From Vicugna vicugna (taxonomy: Eukaryota): a stretch of 37,528 nt of DNA. Each line of letters opens with the position of its first letter. The first letter of the stretch is position 1. Positions 14,130 to 27,179 of the stretch are shown here, piece by piece. Position numbers and translations under genes: made by a program. The notes under the pieces were generated by a model that was not told the DNA's origin, made no database searches, and was given only the letters and a program-made list of their open reading frames with translations. The stretch lies in contig MU057654.1 in NCBI GenBank assembly GCA_013265495.1, forward strand, positions 133,789 through 171,316, written 5' to 3'.

Positions 14130-14414
14130 CAGGTGTGCCTATTACTACTTCTGCAGAGTCAACTTTTCTGAAGCCCCTTGCTGTCAAGCCTCCTCCAGGT
14201 GGGATTAAAGACAAGACTATGCCTTCCTCTTCCAGCCCTGCTTTGGATTTGAATAATCCAAACAAGTATTGCAAGCTCTGTCCTGCTTCCTTTAATAGTC
14301 CATTAATGGCCCAACAACATTATGTTGGGAAAAAACACAAAAGAAATGAAGCTAGGAAGAAGTTTGTAGACAAGATAAGAGAGAAACCTCTTCCAGCAAA
14401 ATCAGATGCAAATG
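14130..14414 (+). CDS. ZMAT1: ZMAT1 symmetric (phase 1-1) 285-nt exon, zinc finger 3; probable cassette exon with NAGNAG acceptor
   Basis: tttcag|cag|GT acceptor and AATG|gtaaac donor. Encodes GVPITTSAESTF...NKYCKLCPASFNSPLMAQQHYVGKKHKRNEARKK...SDAN (within ORF 14072-14425). Confidence 0.85.
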
Positions 14415-15189
14415 GTAAACAGTAAAAATATCCCAAATCTCTTTCTTAGGAAGTTTATATTTTATAAAACATACTGGCTTATGTATATACCATTTTACTC
14501 TTATTGAATAGGAAGTTGATAATACTCATGGGATCATAGAATTTTAGATAAGTAAGGACTTTTGAGTCCATCTAAGTCTGTCTGTTGGTTTTCTAGCAAA
14601 TGAGACACAGAAATGTTTAGATGATCCTTATTAATTACAGAATCAAATATAGATATTCTCATGTTTCATATTATATCATAGGTACCTAAGGAAATATTTT
14701 AAATTAGTATCATGTTGTTATATCATTGAATCACTAAGAATGACTTAAGTGTCTCTTGGGGGCTTGGCTAGTCATTCTTGGGAGTACAAATGAGGATATA
14801 GCATATTCGTTGAAAGGGCAAGTGTGTAAACTAGTTGGGTTAATAACACATCATTGCAAGAGGCTGCAGACATGGATTTTTGTGTATATATTTCTGGTAA
14901 CCAGAGGAGTGAAACATTATATTTCAGACAGTCTTCATAGAGGGAGTATATGATTTAGATTGGTAGAAGTGGGAAGGAGAGAGGATGAACAAAGGAACTG
15001 AGAAAGAGTAGCAAGAATTCAGGCACAGTAAAGATTCTGATCCCGACTGGAGTAATCCACTTGCTCTTCTAACCATATTTTTTTTTCATTTTTTTCCTCC
15101 ACAGGCATCTTCTCACTACTAGTGTATTTTATTGCCTTTTCATATTCTCTCTTTCATCCACTTCTTTTCCTCTACTCACTATTATTTTT

Positions 15190-16410
15190 CAATTCTTTCC
15201 TTACTGGACCTTTCTGCTTCATGTGAAAATGTTCATTACTCCCTCCTTGAGGCTCTATTCTTTGTCATACGTAACTCCTTATGCTCTGAATCTTCCCCTG
15301 TGTTTCTATTCCTGTTCTGTTTCCTTTGGGGGCTCTTTTTAAAATTCATTGCCTAAATGTGGGTGTTCTCAAGGTTGCATTCTTGACCTTAATCTATAAA
15401 CATGATATATTCCATTCCCCTGATTTCATCTCTTATCTGTATGCTTATGACCTTTCTGTCAAGCACTAGACTCATATATCCAAATGGCAGCTACTGCTGC
15501 ACTTGGATACCTCATAGCCGTTTCAGATCCACTCAGTCATTCAAAGTAGAAACCTGTAGTTAACTATATATCCCCCAAACCATGTTCTTCACTTTCTGCA
15601 TTTAATGAAGCACCAAGCCATTACTGTTTTACCTCCTGTATATTACTGTTCCCTTATCTTCAGCTCTGCTTTTCCCACATTAGTTCAGGCTCTCAACATC
15701 TTTCCTAGAGCTTTGCTACTCAAAGTGTGATTTGTGGCTAGCCTCACAAGCATCACTTGGAATCTTGTTAGAAAAAAGAATCTCAGGCCTCACTGCAGAC
15801 TTACTGAATCATAATCTTCATTTTTAAAAGATCCCTAGGGGATTTGTACTCACAAAAAATTTTGAGAAGCATTGTTCTAGAATATTGCCACAACATCCTA
15901 ACTACTCTCCTTGCCATCAGTTTTGTCTCCCCAAATCCACCCTCAGTTTAACTACTAGTGTGTTTCACCTAAGTGTACATCTTTGCATGTCATTCCCCTG
16001 CTTAAAAATCCTTGTTTCTCTATTTTCTAAGGATAATTATGTGGGTCAGAACCTGCAAACTGCTTATAGTTTCCAGAAACTATTACACCATTGTTTTTAT
16101 CTCTGTGTCCTTCTTCATGCTGCCATTTGGCCTGGAACATCTTCGTGTCCCTCTTCTCTTGACTAACTTCTTCTCATTTTTTATCATGCTACTTCCCTGG
16201 AAGCCTTTTCACTTCCTTCAAGGCTTATCTTCTGTGCTTCCTTAACCTGCATATCTAATTCTCTCTCCTTGTGTCTTTATCTCCCATTAGAGTGTAAATT
16301 CTTTGAGGGAAGGGACTTCATCTAACTCATCTATATTCCCAGTACTAGAGATAGAAACTGGCACAGAGTAGGCCTACTTCGATAGAGATTAGTTTAATGT
16401 ATGAATCAGT
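15190..16410 (+). mobile_element. L2 LINE fragments (interrupted by MER5A)
   Basis: Pyrimidine-rich L2 motifs (ctagactcatatatccaa; catgtcattcccctgcttaaaa; tagagtgtaaattctttgaggg...ctggcacagagtagg). Confidence 0.6.
15711..15874. mobile_element. MER5A-like MITE
   Basis: gctactcaaagtgtg...gcatcacttggaatcttgttagaaa...ttactgaatc...tttgagaagcattg. TSD tcctagag/ttctagaa. Confidence 0.8.
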
Positions 16411-17349
16411 GAAGAATTAGTCTTTATATATTGAGTGCTAACTCTATGTTTGTACTGTTAAGTTTGCTACTTAATGTGATTCAACATATTCCCCCTAAGT
16501 TACATACAGATGTATGTTTTTATCTAGGAATTTAAAGAATGTTGATTTAGGCAAGTATAGAAATAGAAGTGGTAGGGCTTCTGAAAGGAGCAGATGTTTG
16601 GAGAAATGATAAACTTCCACTTATTAGGGTATTTTTCCTATTGCTGTGCTGAGGCTTATCTGAAGGAAATGGCTTCTAGTTTAGTGGCATTAGGTAAATT
16701 AGAACTGAGAAGTGTGTCAGTTATGAGAAGTGTGTGCACTCTGGTCACTTCTGAAAGGAGGGTCATTTTAGCACTCTGAAGTTTCAAGGTTATTAGAATG
16801 AGAGAAGGAGGATTTCGGTGAAATTTTCAACTGGCCAGGGAGTGGGTACTAATCATCAGCATAATTTACTCCAGTCATCAAAATCATTTTACACTAGCCT
16901 CTGAAGCTAGAGCTCAAAGTACAGATTTTCAACCCTGCCTTGACTATTTCATTTTGAGAACAGTAAACATTGGAGGATTAAAAAATGGCTGGAGAATTTA
17001 AATTAGTTAATGAGAATTTTAAAGAACAGCAGCAGAAGAAGCTTATATTATAAGTGAGCAAGTGGTAAGACAAAAACAATTCAACATGTGCCACCTTCAC
17101 TATTTTTACTCTTCACCCATTTTTCTCCTTTCTGTCTCTGCCTTCTTTTCTATCTTCTATTATTTATATGTTTCTGCTATATCTAATCTCTTCCTCCTTT
17201 TCTTCATCATTCTTATTGCTTTGTTCACGTCCCTCATCCAGCCCAGATCTTTATTAGCACAGGAATGGCTACCATAACGATATGGAACTAAAGTATGTAT
17301 GTATTTTTTATTTATTGTATTTGTTTTGTTTATTTTACTAATTTCTGGC

Positions 17350-19900
17350 CCCATTTTTGCACTTAGATGTCTCGCCTTCACCAGTAACTCAACATATCTA
17401 AAATCGAATTAATAATTTTCCTTAAAACCATATTGAATTTACCAAATTTTCTACCCTTGCCAGTAGTACCACTATTTTTTGTCACCTACACTTGAATCTT
17501 TGAGGATATCTTTGACTACTTACTTTCCCTATATCCTGTTCATCAACAGTCTTACCAAGTTTTCTTGGAACTATTTCTCCTTCCTATACCCTTCCATTAC
17601 ATTTTCACTACATGATCTCACATTTTAATGCTTTAACCACTCCTGGAAGACTTTTCTTATACTTCATTGTTATTCTGTCACAATCTAGTAGCAAGATTTC
17701 AACCCTGGATCAGTTGTACAGTCTACCTGTTCTACTTTTACATTCAGGATACTGAGTGATGCTACAGAAAATTATATAAGGCTAGAGATTGGGTACCTCT
17801 ACAGAGTCTTAGTATCCAGCCTCTATGACTTTTAGTCCTACTTAATCCTTTTCCTTTTCCTTCAGTTTCCTTTCAACAGTGATTTTAAGCCTATACCACT
17901 CTCCAAGACTCTCTTCTGCTGTTCAACAGTCCCCCTCCTCACACCCCTCAGGCAAGCTTATTCCTTATTTCATCAAGAAAAATTTGGCCATCAGATATGA
18001 ATTACCAAGTATCTTGCCTTAACCAAATCATTAGGAAAACTTTGGCCATCAAATGTGGATTACCAAGTATTTTACCTTAACCAAATCATCCCTCAACCTT
18101 GAGTTTCCCTTTAACTACTATACTTTCCCCTTTCCTTCTTAGTCAAGTTTGTTGTTGTTTCTCAAATATATTCTTACTGTCTTCACTGTTACTCACTCCT
18201 CAACTCATTGCCATTTTTTGATGCACATTCCCCTAGCCCTCCACACCACCAGTGTATTGTTTCACTGAAACTTCCTCACAGGGTCATTGTGGCCTCTAAA
18301 TTTCTAAATCCAATGGATATCTTTACTCCATTCACTAAACATTCCTCTTTTAAAAATCTCTACTTCCTTAGCTCCTTTGATGTCACCCTCTCCTGTTCAT
18401 TCTTATAATTGTCCTTTATTTCGTGACTTTTCATAGGCCCCCTTCTCCTCTACCATCTTAGTTTAAAGAGTGGCACTATCCAGGGTTTTTATCATTATGT
18501 TGCTATTCCTGTACCCACCCATACATTGGCCTCAGGGGATCTCAAGAACTCTGATTGTTTTAACTACCCCTCTGCTCTGACTTCTCCAGAATCACTCTAA
18601 CCTGTCTTCTGCTTTTCATACTCCCATATCTAACTGCCTGTTGGACACCTTTACATGGAAATCTCACAGATATTATCAGATTCTGTGTGTCCTGATTCAA
18701 ACTCAACATTGCTTATTCTCCAACCTCCTAAAACAGTATTTCCTTATGAAGTTCCAGTTTCAGTTAACAGGATCACCACCCATTCAGTTGCCAAACTATG
18801 CTGAGGGTTATTTTAGACTTCTCTAGAGTCTTCCTTTTCTCTTGTTGCCCACGTTCAGTCAGTCACTAAATTTTGTCTGTGTTAATGGTAAATATTTCAC
18901 CAATCTCCCTGCTGCTCTCTACTGCTGCTGTGACCTTTCTAGCCCATGCCCTCCTTATCTCTTGCCTGGTCTAATATATTTATGTAACTGTGGTCTCCTT
19001 ACTTCCAGGCTTGCTCCTCTCAAGTTCATCCTCCATATTGTAGTTAGAGGAGAGATTTCTCCAAAACATACACCTGACCATGTCACATAACTACTTAAGC
19101 CACTTCAGGTTTTCCCAGCCCACAAAATAAAAAGTCTAGGCTCCTTAGCATAACATAGAAGTTGCTTTGATCTGACTCCCTATTGCCTCTCCCATCTCGT
19201 CCCCTTATCTTTTGTTCTACAGCAATTCCAGATTTTAACAAGTCCCTGTAAATATTTCTTTGCTTTTTTCATGCTATTTCTTCTGTCTACAGTACTCTTC
19301 TCAGCTCTTTTCACCATTAACTATTTTTCATCCTTCCAAGCTTAACTAAGGCATCATCTCTTCCTATAGCCTTCTTTATACCTTCATCTTGTACTAAGTG
19401 CCTCTGCTTCCTTGAATTCCCATACCTCTTAAGCATACCTCTCTTACCTTTTACCAAATGAAATTGAAATCCTTTGTTCATGTATCTCTTTCTCACTTGG
19501 ATTTGTGAGCAACCTGCCCATTTTATTCATCTTGTACCCCTAGCATCTAGCATGATGCTTGGTGCCACAGAAGTGTTTAGTGTTTGTTGAACAGATTATT
19601 TGAATTCAGCACATCATGTTCATTTTTGTCTTCACCATACCTGATATTGTTTTCATGCCTTGGAATGCCCTACCTTATTATTTTTTTATAATTCAAATCC
19701 TCTTTCCCTCCAAGATCCATCACAACTTCCATCACTGCTCTAGCTCTTGGTGTTCTCCCCTTTCTTTGAGTTTTCATAGGCTTTACTGTTCATTGACAGT
19801 TGCATTAATTATAGACTTGTAACTGAATTGGCCTCCTTGAGACAAAGGGTTGTATTTTATTCTGCAGTATCCTTCTCAGTGCTTTATGTGGTAATGAGTA
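17350..19900 (+). mobile_element. Long run of degraded L2 fragments
   Basis: Repeated L2 ORF2 and 3' motifs (ctaaatccaatgg; atatctaactgcctgttggaca; ctgaccatgtcac; tgtttgttgaa). Confidence 0.55.
17970..18089. repeat. 58-bp tandem duplication
   Basis: 17970-18027 and 18028-18085 differ at 8 positions, with tcat microhomology at the junctions. Confidence 0.9.
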
Positions 19901-20266
19901 TATAGTGTTTCTAAATATTTAGTAATTGTTTATTGAGGGGCTGGGTCATGTAGTGGGATAAACATAGACTTGGATAAATGTTTGAAGTCACTTGCCCAGT
20001 TGCATATCAGCTTCCTCAGGTATAAAATGAAAATTAGACTACTTCATAGGATTGAAAAAGGATGAAATGAAGCAGTGTATACAGTACCCATCACAGAATA
20101 GATCCTCAACAAATGTTAGTTATCTTGAAATATTGTTTCCTGTCATAATTTAAAAACAGGTAAATTGAACATTTTCTATTTTTGTTCATAAGCTAAATCC
20201 CACATTAAGTTGCATTTTTGCTTACATGCAGCTCTTGATTGATTTTCCCCACTTAAGATATTAGAC

Positions 20267-20449
20267 CAGTGGTTCTCATTCTTGACTAGCTATTAGAATC
20301 ATGCAGGGAGCTTTTAGAAATACCAATGCTCAGCCCATACCTCAAATCAATTAAATTAGAATCCCTGGGACCTACACATCAGGGTTTTGTTTTCTCTTTG
20401 TTTTATTCCCCATGTGATTATGTTAAAGAACCAAGACTGAGAGCCACAA
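20267..20449. mobile_element. MER5-like MITE
   Basis: cagtggttctca...ttagaatca...gagccac. TSD tattagac/tgttagac. Confidence 0.8.
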
Positions 20450-21125
20450 TGTTAGACTACAAAGACATGCATTTACCCAGTCTATGCTTTGTAAACAAAG
20501 ACCTAAGTCTGGGGAGTTAGGAGATAGGGCTGTGATTAGGAGAAAAATGGGATCCACAAGTGTTAAATTATGGGTAATTCTGAAAGGTAAAGTGTGCAAA
20601 GATGCTTGAGTTTCTGGGTGAAGTCAGAAACAAGGAATCCTAGCAGGGCTGAGGGGAGCACAGCTGGACAGGGCCAAGGAGCAGACTCATATAGGAGAAT
20701 GGACAGTATAAGAAACATAGTAGAGTTAGGTTTCAAAAGGATTAGGCCAGAAATTTTGCTCTTGGGGGCCAATAAATAGGCTTTATCTCTTCACAGAAAG
20801 GGTTTACATTGTTTTTATGTATTATTTTCTGAGATGTCTGTATCCTGGAAAAAAGATTAACTATATGAAAAAGACAAGGGCCAAGGTAATAGAAATCAGA
20901 TCACAGTTATAGAACTATCTCAGGATCTTTCATATGTGACCTTCAGCTCCTCTAAACTACTGTATTACCTATATTATAATCTTCTGATGTAATTTGTGAA
21001 GAAACCAAGGAGGAACTGAGGAGAACATTACATACAATATACCCTATAAGCACTAAACATACAATATCTGAAATATAATGAGAGTTCATAATCATAATGA
21101 AGATCATTGGCTTGATAATCTAGGG

Positions 21126-21298
21126 CAGTGGTGCTCAGCAGTGGCTGCACAGAAAAATAATCTACAGCACTTTTAAAAAGTAAGACTGATTCCACCCCTA
21201 GGGATTCTGATTAAATTGGGCTGATGTGGAGCTGTAACATGAGTATTTTTAAAGTTCTCCACATGGTTCTAATGTGTAACTAACATTGAGAACCACTA
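21126..21298. mobile_element. MER5-like MITE
   Basis: cagtggtgctca...gattctgattaaattgg...ttgagaaccacta. Degraded TSD atctaggg/gtctaaag. Confidence 0.75.
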
Positions 21299-22789
21299 GT
21301 CTAAAGGAAAACAGGACTCCTGCTTATCTTGCACAACTTAGGTGTCCTCAAAATACATACGGGATTGGCCAAGTGAATCTGAGCTTTAATTTTCACACCT
21401 CTTAAATAAGGTTTGTAATGATTTCCTGAAAAGGGTTGTTATGAGCATGCAGAGTCCTAGATTTAGTCCTCAGCTTTGCAAGAAGTTCAAAATCTTCAGG
21501 TTGATCAGCCTCAAATCAGGGACTCACCAAACCAAAATTGGAAGATGCTGATAAATAACCAAGGAACTGGAAAGGCATTCACTTAGTGTATTTTCTACGC
21601 ATTCTCTGACAATAGTTAGCTGGGGTATTGTTAAAATATAAATTCACTATCTCAGTGAATCATATTCTCCATTCTCTAGAGGAGAGTTCTGGGTATCTAT
21701 ATTTTCAACTAACTTTCCAGGTGAATCTTATCTGAGAATTCTGGTAAACATTGTAGCTTAAGATAATATATTGTCATTCTGGTAATACTGATTTATGGTA
21801 GAAGGAGAAATGATGTATTTCCAGTTTCCAGGTTTTTAAAAAAATACCTTATCATCTAGTGTATTCTCTTTTTGCTATCAAGAATATGAGAAACCAAAGT
21901 ATAATCAGAAGTGACTTGGTAAACACAAAATCAGAGCACAGGAGGAGAGGATAATTTTGAAGAATCATTCATTAAGACTTTGACATAACCCATTGAGCTC
22001 TCCTGGGCCCACCACAGAGTATATGTCAATAGTAAGCGGAGTCCTCATGTTATTCAAAGTCAGAATCTTTCTTTTCCCTCGACCGTAGTCTCCTGTTTCT
22101 ATGAATAATCATTGTTTGAACAAGGCCAGTACACTTAGTAGTGATTAATTTTGTGTCCTTTAAATGATTAAGTTGCTGTTTCATTTAAAAAGATGGCCTT
22201 GCCTGACCCTAAAATCTCTGCAGCCATCAATTTATTGCCTCTTCCTTAGGGTGGGATTGTTTTTATATTTAGCTTATTAAGTTTATTAATTTGCTTCTTG
22301 TGACCAAAGAGAAGGTGAAAGGATGATAAGATTAAGAAAATAGAAATTAATCTATTTCCTGCTTCCAATTCTACCTAACAATAAGAATAGAGAAGTAGCT
22401 GTATACCTATTCTATAGTTCTTGACACTTATGAAGTGATAACTAGTAGTTTTGTCTAGAATTTTGCTTTCAATATTTATCCTGAGAGTGGAGCTCACTGA
22501 ACCTCTGTCCTTTCTAAAATCTGTCTGTGGAAATTACTTTTGGTAAACTAATGTACTACAGTGATTTCAAGTAAGAGAGTAAAAATTTGTTTTTATTTGT
22601 ATTTAATATTTTGGGATGTTTCAGATTTTAGTTGGTAGAAAGAGAATTAGGGGCAAACAAAAAGAGGTTGGTTGAGAGATTAAGAGGCAAAAATTGATTG
22701 GGCATGCTAAATGTGAAGTGTCTGGTGCACTTCTGCATAGCAACAATAAGCAGGCAGATAGTAGTTTCTTAGGAAAGAGGCCAAGGCTA

Positions 22790-22985
22790 GAGAAGCAATG
22801 CTGTGTAGTGTAACGAATTCTGGGCTCTAAATTAAGAGACATGGGCTCTGAGAGGCTCTCTCTATTATGAACTGCTCTGTGACTTTGACCAAGTCATTTG
22901 ACATCTCTGGGCCTTATATTTAAATTGAAGAAGTTAAAGTAGTTGATCTCTAGTTAATTCCTGTCCAGCTATATGATTCTAAGTC
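22790..22985 (+). mobile_element. MIR/MIR3 SINE abutting the finger-4 exon acceptor region
   Basis: ctgtgactttgaccaagtcatttgacatctctgggcct...gatctcta...tccagctatatgattcta. Confidence 0.65.
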
Positions 22986-23006
22986 TATTCCTATTGACCT
23001 TCTTAA

Positions 23007-23126
<120 letters not shown>

Positions 23127-23791
23127 TAAGTATTTCTTGCCAAAATGCTCCTGTGACATCAAAGACCAGTGCTTCTGTCAAATGCCTTTGCATGTATTTT
23201 ACAAACTTTCTCGGCATTCATTTCCCTAAGAGTTGATCCTGGGTATGGTTGGTGGTATTTGCATGCTAGTACCATCTCCCAGGGAGTTCTCTAGCCATGA
23301 TAGTATACTGACAGGGCTGGCTAACTAGTACCTCTCCTGACCAGACAGCATTGTTCTTCTTTGTAAAGATGCTAAAGGATCATTCTCAGGCTAGCCATAC
23401 AAATTCAAATAATCCCTGAATGGTTGGCTGGTTTCAGGGATTCAGTGATCTGGTCATCATCCTTCCAGTGGGGTATAGTGGTTAAGAAAAAAGGTTTTAT
23501 TATTCGACAGAACTGAATTGGAATACCAGATCCATCTTTCTACCAAATGTATAACTTTGGACAGCTCTGACTTAAAGTGGTTATAATGAAATATAAAATA
23601 TATATATACTGTGCCTGACCTGGCACATAGTAGAAGCTCAATACACATTTATTCCAGTCTATTCTGTTATTTTAAGGAGGAGAAGATTGTGTGGACTGTT
23701 GGGGACTGCATAAGTCAGGTAGCCAGATAGAGGAGCACTTAACTATTGTGTATTTGTTTTGTTGCTTTTAAAATCAAAGCATACTATTTCT

Positions 23792-23943
23792 TTTTTAACT
23801 TTTTTTGTTGTTGTTTGTTTTTGTTTTTTGGTTTTTTTGAGGGGGTGCAATTAGGTTTATTTTTATTTTTTTAACAGATGTACTGGGGATCAAACCCAGT
23901 GCATGCTAAGCACACACTCTACCACTGAGCTATACCCCTCCTA
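23792..23943 (-). mobile_element. tRNA-derived SINE, camelid Vic-1-like
   Basis: The reverse strand reads ggggtatagctcagtggtagag...gcttagcatgca..gggtttgatcccc (A and B boxes) plus an A-rich tail. 17-bp TSD caaagcatactatttct/caaaacatactatttct (23775-23791 and 23944-23960). Confidence 0.85.
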
Positions 23944-24480
23944 CAAAACATACTATTTCTGTTACATTACTTTATTCTAGTAGAAAATATTTATATTATT
24001 GAATCTGAATACTAAGGAGCTAAATTGTCTCACTCACCAAATTAACCTTCATTTAGACTCTTTTTAAAAAAATCTCAGGTTTCCAGAACAACTAGCTGTC
24101 ACATTTATAGATCTGCACAAGGAATTAACTAATCAAAACTTTTAAAGCAATGTGACATTCAGATCAGACCATCTTCAGGGCATTAAATATTATTGGTTCT
24201 TTCCCACACATCCTTTACATTTCAAGTACTGCAGCAGTGTCAGATATGTCTGCTTCTTTGTACCCATCTTCCCTTTCATCCCAAGCCTGAAAATTTTTTG
24301 TGCACAAAAAATTGTGAGGTGCCTAGGAAATACCTGACTGTCCCTGCTTTTTTTTTTTTTTTTGGCGTACAAAGTCACGATGTATAGCTTTTATATTGAG
24401 GTAAGTTTAAAAATTTTGTTTTGGTTTCTGTTACATTTGTTTTTTTCTAATATTTTTGAAAACAAAGCAACAAAAAATAA

Positions 24481-25845
<1,365 letters not shown>

Positions 25846-25880
25846 ACTTTAAGCTTTGTTTACTTAAGGAGAAATCGGTT

Positions 25881-26160
25881 AAGAATAGGGAAATTTAGAC
25901 AAAGACGGGAACATCCAATGAAGAAAAAGGTGGATACAGCCTGTGTCAGTTTAGGAAAGCTTAGTTTTTTGTGTGTAAAAATTGAAATTAAATTGAAAGA
26001 AGAGATAAACAAGCTTAAACCTTGAAGAAAGAAGAACAGAAGACCACAATAAGAACATAAGAGAAAAGGAAGCCTATTGAAGAAAAGACAAAAGTGTCAG
26101 TGCTTTGGGTGGAATCTTCTCTTGGATTTTGAAGTTTTCAGTTTTGTTTCCTTAAGGTTG
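25881..26160 (+). repeat. Degenerate tandem copy of the ZMAT1 C-terminal coding segment in the 3'UTR
   Basis: Aligns to 25615-25870. 26061-26132 reads EKRKPIEEKTKVSVLWVESSLGF* against the genuine [23 protein letters not shown]. Confidence 0.85.
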
Positions 26161-26659
26161 AATTGAAGAAATAAGTTGAAGAGCTGCATTTTATGAAATT
26201 CATGTTATTTAAATTTTCCTAAGTGGACAGTTACTTTAACTGCTAACAAAAGCCAAGTGAAGTAAAAGTATTCAATATGCCTTTTCCTCAAATTATTTTT
26301 CCTCATTTCTTAACATGAAAGAAAAGTTACATGTTTCTTACATATAATTTTCCTTAATGAGGCTGTCTCTACTCCTATTCATCAAATTGCTGTGATAGTG
26401 AATTATTTACCTATGGGAGATAATTTATTTTAAATGAGAGAATTACCAGGCATTATAGAATCCATCCCTTGTTTCGGTTTGTGTTAGTGTTGGTGGTACT
26501 TTACTGTTGTTGTTGTGTGTTTGTTTATGTTTCTTGGTTTTCTCCAGGGAAAATGTGTGAAGTGATTTAGACTGATTTTTGTTTGTTTGTTTGTTAAATC
26601 TAATTTGCAGTGTATTTTTGTACTTTCTAGTTCTGAAAGTGGAAAATGAAACAGTCTAT

Positions 26660-26745
26660 AATAAACTTAGATGATATATAGTTTTAAAAAGCTCTCAAAA
26701 GTACTGAAAAAAATCAGTCTATATTCTGGAAATGTTTATATTAAA
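26660..26745 (+). terminator. Candidate ZMAT1 polyadenylation signals
   Basis: AATAAA at 26660-26665 and ATTAAA at 26740-26745, followed by T/GT-rich sequence, about 0.8-0.9 kb after the stop. Confidence 0.6.
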
Positions 26746-27179
26746 GTGTTTTAATTTCTACATACTTGTTTTATGTAAATGATCATTTCCCAGCTAGTTA
26801 TTATTTTATTTTGAGAGTGAGAGGGGAAATAATTAAACAGTTTGCACCTCTGGGAAGATCTGACTATAAAGTTGTAATAATTTCATTTCTCCTACATATT
26901 GCTTAGAAGGCTGATATTCAGACTTGAGCTCAGTTTTAAGTTAGAAAAATAAAACCAATTAAATACTTGAAACTGAAGAAGGAAGAATTTATAAATGGGA
27001 GGGGACAGTGGAGAGGGGGCATTACCTTTGAATTGTTTCATCTTGATTATTTTCTTTTACTCTGGTTCTCCCTTTTTTATGATAAACATCTCTTTTAAGC
27101 ATTTCAGCATCACCATGGTATAGTAGAAAAAGTAATAGCCTGGGAATCCAAGTCTAGGATTCTGGTCTCAGTTGTACCA

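Noticed and set aside
14756..22842. Numerous 60-93 aa hydrophobic ORFs
   Set aside because: They lie in pyrimidine-rich L2 and MER debris, mostly have non-ATG starts, and show no homology I recognise.
23870..23943. tRNA-like sequence on the minus strand
   Set aside because: It is a SINE head with an A-rich tail and TSD, and has no complete cloverleaf.
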